Shown here: in pieces, positions 20,461-30,714 of the stretch | Layout: each line of letters starts with the position of its first letter | Position numbering within the stretch: position 1 is the first letter of the stretch | From: an uncultured virus (IMG/VR IMGVR_UViG_3300034119_000891) | Taxonomy: Duplodnaviria; Heunggongvirae; Uroviricota; Caudoviricetes | Strand: one strand, 5' to 3' | Virus record (IMG/VR): IMGVR_UViG_3300034119_000891 | Length of the DNA stretch: 64,000 nucleotides | Notes under the pieces: generated by a model | The model's input: the letters and a program-made list of their open reading frames with translations, nothing else | Databases searched by the model: none | Told to the model about the DNA's origin: nothing | Translations under genes and position numbers: made by a program

Positions 20461-21278
20461 AAAACATGTTTGGTTTTCTTCAACAAAAAGCCAACTGGAT
20501 TAAGATCCAACAGATTATCATCACGTAAATGCATTTGAGATACTGATTGAGTTTGGAACCCTTGATCTTGAAACAATTGAACAATTTCTGTCAACGGTAA
20601 AATGTTACAAACTTGTCCATAATGATATGAGCTACCAATCTCATTATTTGAACAATTCATAAAACAATATGTTAAAACTACTTGACCATCAATTGGTAAT
20701 AGTTTGTTAAATTGTTTTAAATACTTTTTAATTTGTTTAGGACTTAGATGTTGAAACGTATTAGCTGAAAAGAAAATGTTAAATTTACCAATGTATTCTT
20801 CTAGTTGTGAATCCGAAAAGGTTCCATCTTCACCTAAAATTTCCACAGCATAATCCACACGCTTAATAACATCAAATCCAGTATAATTAAAAAAACTAGT
20901 AATTTTTGAGTTTTCGTAAAAAGATCCGTAACCGCATCCAATTTCAGCCAAATTAACTTCACCAAATCTATTTTCGGTTTCGTGGATAGCTCTATGCAAA
21001 TATCCAATTAAACCTAAATAAAGTATCAACGAAAAATTGATTTTATTCGATTCTTTAATGTTAGGATTTTTTCCCGATAAATGAGTTGTATTACAAACAG
21101 GATCAACAGAGAAATGTTCATCACATGCCATCCAAAATTCTTTAGGATTGATTTTATCTGGGTCGAGATATTCATTTAATTCGTAATTATGGTTACCAGT
21201 ATTTAGATGTTTTTGATAATCTTCTAGAGAATTCCAACCAACACTTTTCCATAATTCTATAATTTGATCTTTATTCAT
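20457..21278 (-). CDS. Class I SAM-dependent methyltransferase
   Basis: AEIGCGYG, YTGFD, FSANTFQHL, LLPIDG. Confidence 0.8.
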   Translation of the reverse strand: MNKDQIIELWKSVGWNSLEDYQKHLNTGNHNYELNEYLDPDKINPKEFWMACDEHFSVDPVCNTTHLSGKNPNIKESNKINFSLILYLGLIGYLHRAIHETENRFGEVNLAEIGCGYGSFYENSKITSFFNYTGFDVIKRVDYAVEILGEDGTFSDSQLEEYIGKFNIFFSANTFQHLSPKQIKKYLKQFNKLLPIDGQVVLTYCFMNCSNNEIGSSYHYGQVCNILPLTEIVQLFQDQGFQTQSVSQMHLRDDNLLDLNPVGFLLKKTKHVF

Positions 21279-21286
21279 AAAACTTT

Positions 21287-21347
21287 CTAGTCTCTCCCAG
21301 TGTCACACCACTTTCCTCGGCCTTACCCGTGAAGCAGCAGGTGTCGC
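21287..21347 (-). ncRNA. Unrecognised structured RNA motif, copy 1
   Basis: GCGACACCUGCU...AGUGGUGUGAC-A-CUGG-GAGAGA-CUAG. Confidence 0.7.
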
Positions 21348-21430
21348 TGTTTGTGTCCCAGATTCAAGATATCACAATTCTGTAATTCTTTACAAATTCT
21401 GCGCTCACACAAAAGTATTTATTAAACTAA

Positions 21431-22045
21431 CTATCGAATTTCTTCTAAAGAATTATTATCACGAATACACCAATCAACACCTTTACCAGTAGTACCCATT
21501 TCTCCCGTAGATTCTAAACGAACACCATCATATACAACACCAGTAATTAGTTCACTGGATTCGTCGTAATCTTTATATAATATTACAAGTTTACTAGCAT
21601 CAAAAACTTCAGAGTCTAAATCCAATTCGAATTCATCATGTAATCCTTTACTCCACTCTTTACCAATAACTACATAACGACTACCACAATTAACAATATC
21701 AATAAACCCATCAAATTCTGTTTCATGCATCGCATCATCAACAATTACAGAAGACTCGTATACAGTATTACCATGTTCATCTTTGACTTCAATAATAGTG
21801 GAAACATCATTATAAGCTCCATAAGCATGAACAATATCATCGTGCTCGTATCTATTACAAGCATCTAATTGATACATATTCTTAATGTTATCTGGGACTT
21901 TCTTCATTAAAATTTCATTCAAATTATCATCAATAAATTGACAAAATGAAATTGGATTATTTTTAAAGAATTTAAAAAAATCTTCTTTAATAGTCCCCAC
22001 AATAAATTCTTCGCCCAGACCTAATAAACTAATTTTATATTTCAT
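21431..22045 (-). CDS. Acidic hypothetical phage protein
   Basis: ORF track; lies between the RNA copies. Confidence 0.7.
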   Translation of the reverse strand: MKYKISLLGLGEEFIVGTIKEDFFKFFKNNPISFCQFIDDNLNEILMKKVPDNIKNMYQLDACNRYEHDDIVHAYGAYNDVSTIIEVKDEHGNTVYESSVIVDDAMHETEFDGFIDIVNCGSRYVVIGKEWSKGLHDEFELDLDSEVFDASKLVILYKDYDESSELITGVVYDGVRLESTGEMGTTGKGVDWCIRDNNSLEEIR

Positions 22046-22056
22046 ATTAAAAGATT

Positions 22057-22141
22057 CTAGTCTCTCCCAGTGTCACACCACTAATTCAACCAGCTTTCGC
22101 CAATCAAACCCTAGCGGCATGGAGCCACTAGCAGGTGTCGC
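22057..22141 (-). ncRNA. Structured RNA motif, copy 2
   Basis: Same ends as copy 1 (28 identical nt at the 3' end) with two inserted hairpins, one capped by GAAA. Confidence 0.7.
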
Positions 22142-22160
22142 TCTCCAATTGGAGGAATAT

Positions 22161-22253
22161 TAATCGTCTCTCCGATTAGTCACACAACTTGTATCGACCG
22201 AGAATTCCCAGTCCGTACTCCTCTAGGATAACCCCAGAAGAGGCATGTGTCGC
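22161..22253 (-). ncRNA. Structured RNA motif, copy 3
   Basis: GCGACACAUGC...AGUUGUGUGAC-UAAUCG-GAGAGA-CGAUUA; compensatory changes relative to copies 1 and 2. Confidence 0.7.
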
Positions 22254-22592
22254 AATTTTCGGCAGGATTTACGTTTTGCTACATTCCAATCACAAAACAA
22301 CCTACTACCAGTGGGGTTGTGGTTACCGAAATTTAAAAAAACAGGTATTTATCAGGTTTTTTGGTATATTCACTATTTTTCATAGAAAAGGTAAAAGCTT
22401 TATTAATGTTAATAACTTTAAAAGAATCGTATCCTCTCGGTATTTCAAACGGACAAAGTAAATTATATTCTAATCCATTATCTTCTTTCATCATATTTAA
22501 ATAATCATCTCTTTCCATATAGTCTGCTTGATTTGGATTATTTTTTCTGTAATTTTTATCTACAAAAATATAATCACCAGACATATTAATAT

Positions 22593-23102
22593 TTAGAGAA
22601 AATTATACTTTTTATTATTGTTTAAAAATTCTTTCTTAAGTTTTTTAAGAGCATAATTAATCATGAAACCTATATTACCTTTAGTAGTTTTCATCTTTTT
22701 AGCTATTGTTTCATACGGCAAATTTTTATAAAATCTATAGGTGATAACTTTTTGAAAACGTGTATCAATTTTTTTAAGAGATTTTAAAAGAAACATAATA
22801 ATTTCTTTATCTTGCATCTCTTCTACTACGGATTTATCTTCACAAATTTTTTCTTCAAGTTCTTCATTCTCAACATAAACAAAACGCTTACGTTTATTGT
22901 AAAATTTAATTGAATCATTCTTACAAACCAAAAATAACCATGCTTTTGGTACTGGAATTTTGTCTAAATCTTGTTTAGAAAATTTAAAATAAACATTCTG
23001 AATAATATCTTCAGCATCAGAAAGATTTTTTAGAATTCTAAAAGAATAATTTAACAAATCTTCTCTTAAATTTTGAAAGATCTCTAAGTGGTTTGTGTTC
23101 AT
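22593..23102 (-). CDS. ECF-type RNA polymerase sigma factor
   Basis: Region 2 (LLNYSFRILKNLSDAEDIIQNVY..KAWLF) and region 4 HTH (YRFYKNLPYETIAKKM); preceded by TTGACA-N17-TAATAT-N6-ATG (23109-23137). Confidence 0.88.
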   Translation of the reverse strand: MNTNHLEIFQNLREDLLNYSFRILKNLSDAEDIIQNVYFKFSKQDLDKIPVPKAWLFLVCKNDSIKFYNKRKRFVYVENEELEEKICEDKSVVEEMQDKEIIMFLLKSLKKIDTRFQKVITYRFYKNLPYETIAKKMKTTKGNIGFMINYALKKLKKEFLNNNKKYNFL

Positions 23103-23371
23103 GTGGGGATATTAGTATGGAGATTCAAGGTTGTCAACAAAGATATTGGGAATATTTCAGAATAAAAAGCGAAAGTTTCTTGGGATTATAAACTTGAAAG
23201 TAATACACACCCATACGTTTACTTGTCATTGCCATTTCATAATTTTCCAGCATGTAATATTTTAACTTAGTACGATCCCATGGAGAATAACCTAATCCTC
23301 TACATAAAGCAGATTTAACTTTAATTCGTGTTTTTGAAGTAATTTTTTTCATTTTCATGATAAATATGTTT

Positions 23372-23746
23372 ATGAATTTTTCCGATTTGTCTAAAGAAAT
23401 ATTACTAGAAGCAGACAAAGATGTCAACAAGATACATGAATTTGTTAAGAAACGTCAATCTGGTGCTAGGAAAATCGAAAGTTCATCAAACAAAAAAGGC
23501 GGAGTCGCAAAATTAACTGCTATACATTTCGCCGCGAAAGAAAAACCATACAACGACGCTTTAAAATATTGTACTAAAGATGATTGTGAAAAAAAATTAA
23601 AAGCTAAAGGTGATGAATTAGCTAATAAATTAAAAGATTGGGATAAAATGAGTCAAAAACAATTTCAATCTGTTATGGGTGAACTAGAAGCATACGGAGA
23701 GGTTTATATACGTTGCGTTAAACCTAATTCTATTAGTCTTGAGTAA
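23372..23746 (+). CDS. Hypothetical late protein (start revised to MNFSDLSKEILLEA)
   Basis: TAAATA(23361)-N5-ATG(23372). Confidence 0.65.
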   Translation: MNFSDLSKEILLEADKDVNKIHEFVKKRQSGARKIESSSNKKGGVAKLTAIHFAAKEKPYNDALKYCTKDDCEKKLKAKGDELANKLKDWDKMSQKQFQSVMGELEAYGEVYIRCVKPNSISLE

Positions 23747-24113
23747 TATCTAAAGATTCTGGATCAAATTTTTTATGACAATAATCACAATCAGATTTAT
23801 TGTCTTTCTCTTCTAAGATTTCATGCCAAGCATTATCACAGTCAACACAATAGAATCTATACAGTTTTTTCATTTTTAAAATATTCAAATAATTTATCAA
23901 ATTCTTGCATTCGCATCCAATGCTGACGTATCTGTAAATAACTAGATACAATCTCTTTATCAGAGATAGATCCGTTATGATAATATACTTCATCGATATA
24001 GTCAACAGGATAATTCAATAAATCTTTAAAAATTTTAATTCTCTCTTCTAAAGATAATTTATTTAATTTTTCATTAACATGATTACATATTTGTAAGCAC
24101 ACCATATTATTAT

Positions 24114-24434
24114 TTATAATTTTTTTACAAAATATAATAGTAATTTTATTATATCATCCTCAGTCACAGTGTTTATTATACGACTTTCCGAATACATAAC
24201 CTGTGCTTCAGACCAATCTGGTTCTAACAAATGTATACATTCATGTATTATAGTAGGAATGAAATCCCTTCTATAATCTAAGATAATACCATCTTCCCAT
24301 TCACAATACCCATGTACTTGACGTAATTTTTTAAGCACAAAAAAACCTTTTTCCTGCTTTTTTATACAATCAATTACTCTATCAAAAAGAGCTAAAGCAT
24401 CGGATTTATTTAATTTTATTAGATTTTTTGCCAC
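24114..24434 (-). CDS. Small HExxH metallopeptidase-like protein
   Basis: TIIHECIHLL. Confidence 0.55.
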   Translation of the reverse strand: MAKNLIKLNKSDALALFDRVIDCIKKQEKGFFVLKKLRQVHGYCEWEDGIILDYRRDFIPTIIHECIHLLEPDWSEAQVMYSESRIINTVTEDDIIKLLLYFVKKL

Positions 24435-24442
24435 ATAAATAT

Positions 24443-24787
24443 TTATCTATTATGATCTAAATATTTTCTTACTGATTGTAGCCGATCCGCCACTGTGGCC
24501 AATTTGGTGAGCACCCAAGCTTCTACTTTACCTGAATTGTTCAAATCATTTAATATTTGATTGGCATCTTCAATTGCTGATTTTACCTGTGCTTCTGCCA
24601 TCTCGGTAGTTTCATTATCCACAGGATTACTACCATCAGGAAGTTGATTGCCTCCTGTTGCTATGGTTATTGCTCCTTGAGTAGAATTCATACCATTATT
24701 GCTAATGGCATTTGGTCCTAATCCCAAATCTTCTTTTACAATTTTTAGATATGCTTGAGCTAAATTTTTTTCATCTGATGAATTCAT
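24443..24787 (-). CDS. Hypothetical late protein (start revised to MNSSDEK)
   Basis: TAAATA(24798-24793)-N5-ATG(24787). Confidence 0.65.
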   Translation of the reverse strand: MNSSDEKNLAQAYLKIVKEDLGLGPNAISNNGMNSTQGAITIATGGNQLPDGSNPVDNETTEMAEAQVKSAIEDANQILNDLNNSGKVEAWVLTKLATVADRLQSVRKYLDHNR

Positions 24788-24791
24788 GTTA

Positions 24792-25688
24792 TTATTTAAC
24801 ATTCATCAGTTGAAGAACTGCTAAATTTTTTTGTTTAGCCTCTAGCTCAATATCAACATCGATTGCACAATCAGGTAATTTAGTAACATAATCCGAATGT
24901 GCACGATCTAAAGGAGAAGCTTTACCTTCACTGTAATGAAATAACGGTGTTACGTCTTTCCATGTGCTGATACAAGCATCATGAGCTTCTTGCTCTGTTT
25001 CACCTTCATTGTTAATAAGACGATGGTGATAATCCAAGGTAATTGGGATATCTGGGAAATGTTTGGATAATTTCTGATATGTCCAGTAAGACTTATCTTC
25101 AGTCTCGAAGACTAATCGAGACGTAACACTTGAAGAAAGTTTCTGGATGTTGGTATTTGTCGTATAACCAGCATCATCACCCAACTTACCATTGCTGACA
25201 TGAATGTTAATGGGGCAAAAATAACTCTGTGGAATACCAAGCATATCAAACATCTTTGCATGATATTCAAGGTTTTTAATGCCTTTATCATTTACATCAG
25301 TACGTGCACTACTGAGAACACAAAACTGATCTGGATGCGTGCTCAATCGACCACCAGATTCTAGGTATTTAATTGCAGCATTTTTAGCTGGTTCCCAATA
25401 ATACTGTTTAGAACAGAATTCATCCCATAGTTCAGAAAACTCTGGATGATCTGCTAGAGGAAACATATCAGAAGAAATTCTATAATGACTGATGCTATTA
25501 CTAGAAAGGTAGTCCAATACTCGTATAAATTCATGTAGATTATGTTTATACACATCAAACACTTTTTGTTTGGGATTAGTGTCTGCTTGTGTGCGTTTGA
25601 GTTGAAGGGTCTTAAAATGAGAACTGTTGTCTCCTAGAAGAAGACAACAGACCCCAATACGATTTTTGTTAGATGTGGTAGGTATCAT
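24792..25688 (-). CDS. uvsE: UV DNA damage endonuclease (UvsE/UvdE)
   Basis: YRISSDMFP, RLSTHPDQFCVLSS, INIHV, LVFETED, LDYHH, FHYSE, AHSDY, ELEAKQK. Confidence 0.92.
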   Translation of the reverse strand: MIPTTSNKNRIGVCCLLLGDNSSHFKTLQLKRTQADTNPKQKVFDVYKHNLHEFIRVLDYLSSNSISHYRISSDMFPLADHPEFSELWDEFCSKQYYWEPAKNAAIKYLESGGRLSTHPDQFCVLSSARTDVNDKGIKNLEYHAKMFDMLGIPQSYFCPINIHVSNGKLGDDAGYTTNTNIQKLSSSVTSRLVFETEDKSYWTYQKLSKHFPDIPITLDYHHRLINNEGETEQEAHDACISTWKDVTPLFHYSEGKASPLDRAHSDYVTKLPDCAIDVDIELEAKQKNLAVLQLMNVK

Positions 25689-26352
25689 TCGTTTTCCACG
25701 ATATACATCGCTTCATCGAACGTCAAGTACTCAATGGGTTTTCCCATAATTTCTTCATGACCAAAATTATCAATAAGATATTGCAATTTGTTCACAAAAG
25801 GCAATTCTAAAAACTCTGATTCGGTTTTGTTAAGTTTTCCAAGAAAATCTGTAATTTCAGATTTTTCCTTATAGGTGGTATCTAATTTAACAAAATTATC
25901 AATCTCTGATTCGCAAATAAATCCATCACTATATGTATATGGATCTAATTTATAAATACAATAATATTGATCCGATTTTTCATTTCTACATACCAATCCC
26001 TCGCATTTAAGGGATTTTTCTGCAATAAATCCTTCAACACCAACAAAAGAATCTTGTTCGATCATATATTTAGTTATTTTACGTTGTGCCAATTGTTTTC
26101 GATAAATTCTGAAACTGCAATTTGTAATCCAAAATCAGTATCATTAATAATACAATAAGTATTTCCTGTTTTGTTTAAAGTATAATTACTTTTAATGTTA
26201 AAGAACTTCTCAATGTTTTTATTCAAATTATATGCAAAAAATTCAGTTTGCACATCTGATCCTCCGAAAAACATTGGATCTAGACAAAACACTAATTCGA
26301 TTTGTTTTTTCATTACTTGGTTTGTTTATTTTACTTGGTTTGTTTGGTTTGT

Positions 26353-26472
26353 TTATTTACTGAAAGCGTATTCGGCAATTTTTAAAAAAACTAGACTAAT
26401 GATAATTTCTTCCCATGTCAACTGAAGAATGTCTAAATATTTTAGTAAAAATAAAAATGCCAATAAAATCAT
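26353..26472 (-). CDS. 39-aa membrane peptide (absent from ORF track)
   Basis: TAAATA-N5-ATG; MILLAFLFLLKYLDILQLTWEEIIISLVFLKIAEYAFSK*. Confidence 0.5.
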   Translation of the reverse strand: MILLAFLFLLKYLDILQLTWEEIIISLVFLKIAEYAFSK

Positions 26473-26708
26473 GTATGTATTTATTATATGGCTAAATAAA
26501 ACTCATCTATTTTTTGGGTTTCTTCTTTTTCTGTTTATCTGGCGTAACGTACCACTTTCTTCCACGGTAGTCAATAGAAAAACTTTCGTCCATATCGTCA
26601 AATCCTTCCATCTCTAGATAAGCAATTAATTTAGATTGTTCTTCTTTGTAGTTATATGATGCAAAAAACTCTGAATCCACGCATCCGTTCGATTTCAAAG
26701 GATCTGTT

Positions 26709-27443
26709 CTAAACATATGAAGTATTTAATACTTCACAGTAACCTTTTTCATCAATTTGTAGAATTTCACTCATGTAAACAGAAGAACTACAATCTACAT
26801 TTATAATAACAGAATTGGTATTATTATCTGAAATGGTTTGTATGCGTTCAATTGGTGTATGTCCAACAACTTGTTTGAAATTAGGGATTAAATCCAAATT
26901 TCTCCAATCACACCATAAGATTCCACCCACTTCACTTTGACCACCTCTAAAATGATCTGCTGACCATATTGCATTAATTGTTTCATTGGATCTTTGCTTG
27001 ATTACCGCATCATCAATTACTTTCTGCACACTGTCAACATCAATCGTATTTTTAATGGGGTTTTGAAACCAAAATTTGGTGATACCCGCATGAGAGAACC
27101 ACCACTTATTTTCGTGATGAAAATACTTCAATTTATCCCAACAATCAATCGAAAAAACTTGATTGATTGCTTCTTTCTTTTGTGAAGAGAATCCAGAACA
27201 TCTCACATGAACCCTAGGATCATACATCTCATCATGATTCCCGCGAAGAAAAATCCAATCAGGATGTTTATCCATACAATCTTTCAACCAAACAGCAGTA
27301 GCTTGATTCATCTCTGGTGTATCGTTGAACTGATCGAAATAGTCACCCATAAAAATAAATTTATGGGTGTTTTCGTATTTTTTTACAATACGATCAGCTT
27401 TTTCATGGTGTGTGTGAATGTCTGGAATGATCAACAGCTTCAT
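26709..27443 (-). CDS. Calcineurin-like metallophosphoesterase
   Basis: DIH, GDYFD, GNHD, HAG, GHT motifs. Confidence 0.92.
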   Translation of the reverse strand: MKLLIIPDIHTHHEKADRIVKKYENTHKFIFMGDYFDQFNDTPEMNQATAVWLKDCMDKHPDWIFLRGNHDEMYDPRVHVRCSGFSSQKKEAINQVFSIDCWDKLKYFHHENKWWFSHAGITKFWFQNPIKNTIDVDSVQKVIDDAVIKQRSNETINAIWSADHFRGGQSEVGGILWCDWRNLDLIPNFKQVVGHTPIERIQTISDNNTNSVIINVDCSSSVYMSEILQIDEKGYCEVLNTSYV

Positions 27444-29147
27444 GGGAGCAAATTATACTTTTTCTCTGCTGAGTGCAATTCATCTTTTGGAAAAGTCCAA
27501 CCAAAAGAACCCCATTCACTATCTGATGGATAAGTTTCTGCTGGTTCGATATACGAATCAGCAAGAGTATATCCATTGTGTCTACGGATAATAATCACTT
27601 CGTAAGCCATGATCTTACCGTTACGACGTTGTTCATAGATAGCTTTATTCTCTTCACGCTTCAAGAGTTTATATGTAAAACTTTTTCTATAAAATTCTTT
27701 TTTTAATGGTTTGTAGTTCATAGCATTGATCTAATATATAAGTAAATTAATACAAAATTCGTATATACAGTTATAGTAATAAAACAGTTTTCTAAATGAT
27801 ATGTGAAGTTATTTTGTGGTAGAAGATAGTGTATGATGCAATATAATCCTATTGAAAATATATTATAACTAAAAAGATTGATATTAACAATTGTAGGTTT
27901 AATTTCTTCGTCAGAATCAAATTTTTTATTGTTATTCATTTAATTAATCTTGGAAAGATAATCTTCAAAATTACTGAAATCATATCCGTAATTTTCTGCT
28001 AATTCAACAATATCATCAATGTCAATATCAATATTATACGATTCTTGTAAAGTTAGATAATAATCAGCTACATTTGATAATGCAATAGTTTCATTTTTTG
28101 CTCTATCTAAAATGATCTCAAATTTCTCCATTACAGATAGATCAGTTACTTCTTTGAATAGTTGTTTCATATTTGTTGTTGTTATTTGTACTAAAATTGT
28201 ATTTGAAAGAAAACCCACCATGTTTTTGATATATCACGAAAACATCCTACAGTAAAGACCAATAAATATAAATATTTCATATTAAAATCCATATCTTATA
28301 CGGAAGAGCATATACTTCTTTTTGTCAACAATTTTAAATGTGTAAACATTATAATTTATTTCTGATGAATTATCATACTCTAAACCAATAGTTTTATCAA
28401 ATCGTTCTATCGCCTTGGCATCATCAGTAGCTTTTCCGAAAGTTCTAATACACCAATCAGCAAAAGCACCATCATACATATCAATATCTATGTTAACAAA
28501 CTCTTCTGGAGTTTCTGAGTTTGGCATTATATTAATCTTCTACGTCATTCTCCACATCATATGTGTATTCCATTAATTTATAAATGGCTTTTCGTTCTCT
28601 ATCAGATAAACCTACAGAATTTGGTTCTTTATAATCTTTATCAATTAGAAAATCTGATCTATAATCCAAGCACATTTTGTAAATTTCGTAATCTCTATTT
28701 TCTAGACTTTTCATTTTTAGTAATGAGTTTAAAAAATCCTACACCACTAGGTAAATTTGTGTGATTAAACCATGGACCATCTGCTCCGTCAAGTTGAATT
28801 TCAAGATTTTCGTAGTCCACTTTGTGAATTGTACGTAGAATGGTTTGTCCAGAATTTGGGTAATTCAAATCAGGCCAATCAATTTTTGAGTTTTGATTAA
28901 CTACTTTATTGCTTACTACTAAAACGATGTTTTTATTCATAATTATTCTGATGGTTGTTTATTTTCGGTTTCTTCTTTTTGTAGATATACTTGATGTGAT
29001 CTAATAGAGATATCAGCTTGTCGTAATGCAGGCAAGCAAATACTAGGATTTTTTGTTTCTAAAGCTAATTCAATAGAATTTTTAGCTTTATTCAAAAAAT
29101 ATTCGATATCTTCAGTTAATTCTAATTCGTCTGCCATGGTAATATAG

Positions 29148-30284
29148 TTATCCTCCAAATCCTACTACACGTTTAGGTTTTTTCCTTTCTTCGTTTGTAT
29201 ATTGTTTTTCATAGTTGAAGATGTCTGCTAACGTCATTGCATCATCCACCTTAACATCATTACCCAGTTTGTCCATCAAAATTTGAGATTTTTTGGCATT
29301 TAATTTAGTAAATTTATATTCAGACCTAAGCCTTCCTTTACGAAGCAAAGCAGGATCAATGAGATTCCTGTCACAATTATAAGTAGCAATAATGCTTGTT
29401 CTTGCAAGATCTGCGTATAAACCATCAGTTAAATTTAACAATGTCGAAACTAATTCGGAATTATAAAATCCATCTTCAGTTTCTCTTTTCATTAACGCTT
29501 TTTCTGCATCTTCAATAATAAGAACACTATCTTTTAAAGATGATAGAACTAATTCAGTAAATTCTGGATTACTTAGATAATTAATCATTTGTGGTGGTAT
29601 GAACACAAATTTTCTTTCCATTTTAGTAATTAAATGTCTAATAGCAGAACTTTTACCTGTTCCAGCTTCACCATAAAAAAGATATAACCCTGTTGGATTC
29701 TCTACAAGTTTATTACATAAATCATCAAAAAATGCGGGAAAATCATCATTATAATGATCTTCACTAAATTTATTTTGAGTTTCATGATCTCTCCATGTAA
29801 CGTGAGGACCAAATTTTGTTTGTTTAATAATACCAATTTTAGAAACAGGTTTTTTATCTAATTCATAAGCAGTAAACTCATCAAGATTTATAATATCTTT
29901 AGATGAATGAAAGAAATGAATACCTCTAATATATTGTGGTTCCTCTTTTATATTAAGATAATTAATAACTACAACCATATTTTTGTATAAAAATGTACAA
30001 ATAATTTGACCATGCTCTAATCCTTCTACACCATCCTCTACAATTTTTCTATGAATTATCTTTGAATTATTTGTTAAATATTCAAGAAGTTCCATAGTAT
30101 ATAGTTTATCTGAATGATATTCAGATGGAATAATTTTAAATAGTTTATTACAAGCAAACCATCCTATATCAGGATAATGTTCAATCCTATGCTCAATTTC
30201 AACATTTGAAATAACAGGATCATTTACAGTTTGAATTTGTTCTTCGATGAGTTTTTTAAACTCTTCATTTATTTTTTTATTCAT
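29148..30284 (-). CDS. AAA+ ATPase
   Basis: GEAGTGKS, LIIEDAE, LLNLTDG, IDPALLRKGRL. Confidence 0.92.
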   Translation of the reverse strand: MNKKINEEFKKLIEEQIQTVNDPVISNVEIEHRIEHYPDIGWFACNKLFKIIPSEYHSDKLYTMELLEYLTNNSKIIHRKIVEDGVEGLEHGQIICTFLYKNMVVVINYLNIKEEPQYIRGIHFFHSSKDIINLDEFTAYELDKKPVSKIGIIKQTKFGPHVTWRDHETQNKFSEDHYNDDFPAFFDDLCNKLVENPTGLYLFYGEAGTGKSSAIRHLITKMERKFVFIPPQMINYLSNPEFTELVLSSLKDSVLIIEDAEKALMKRETEDGFYNSELVSTLLNLTDGLYADLARTSIIATYNCDRNLIDPALLRKGRLRSEYKFTKLNAKKSQILMDKLGNDVKVDDAMTLADIFNYEKQYTNEERKKPKRVVGFGG

Positions 30285-30423
30285 ATCTTTATTATTTTTA
30301 CTGTAATCTTCTAAAAATTACATAGTATTCCAATTCATAACCAATACTACAACATTCATGAGGCTTTGTCAACGATTCTAAATTTTATGTTGAAAAATAT
30401 TGGAATTAGATAAATATTAGTAT

Positions 30424-30630
30424 ATGATTACTATAGTATCTTCTTTATTACGTCATTTACTAACTACAGTTGGTGGTGGTTTAGTTGCTAAAGGTGTTCT
30501 AACTTCAACCACTCTAGATGAAGGTATTGGAGCAGCTATTACATTAATTGGAATTGTGTGGTCTGTTTTAGAAAAAAAAATAATTTCTAAATCTAATACA
30601 CAACTTATATCTGAAGTTTTAAAGAAATAA
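30424..30630 (+). CDS. Putative holin
   Basis: Two TM segments; LRHLLTTVGGGLVAKG...IGIVWS; basic C-tail; late box upstream. Confidence 0.55.
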   Translation: MITIVSSLLRHLLTTVGGGLVAKGVLTSTTLDEGIGAAITLIGIVWSVLEKKIISKSNTQLISEVLKK

Positions 30631-30660
30631 TCGAAATAATTTTGTTGTTGCATATTTATA

Positions 30661-30687
30661 AAAAGCCCTCTTCAGAGAGGGCTTTTT
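30661..30687. terminator. Bidirectional intrinsic terminator
   Basis: aaaagccctc-ttcaga-gagggcttttt. Confidence 0.8.
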
Positions 30688-30714
30688 AGTTTAAAATATT
30701 AGATAAATACAGTA

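Noticed and set aside
21285..22253. CRISPR array interpretation of the 28-nt repeat
   Set aside because: Only two exact copies 770 bp apart with a gene between them; no regular spacers or cas genes in the window.
22189..22461. 90-aa plus-strand ORF
   Set aside because: TTG start; antisense to the structured RNA and ORF 22333-22584.
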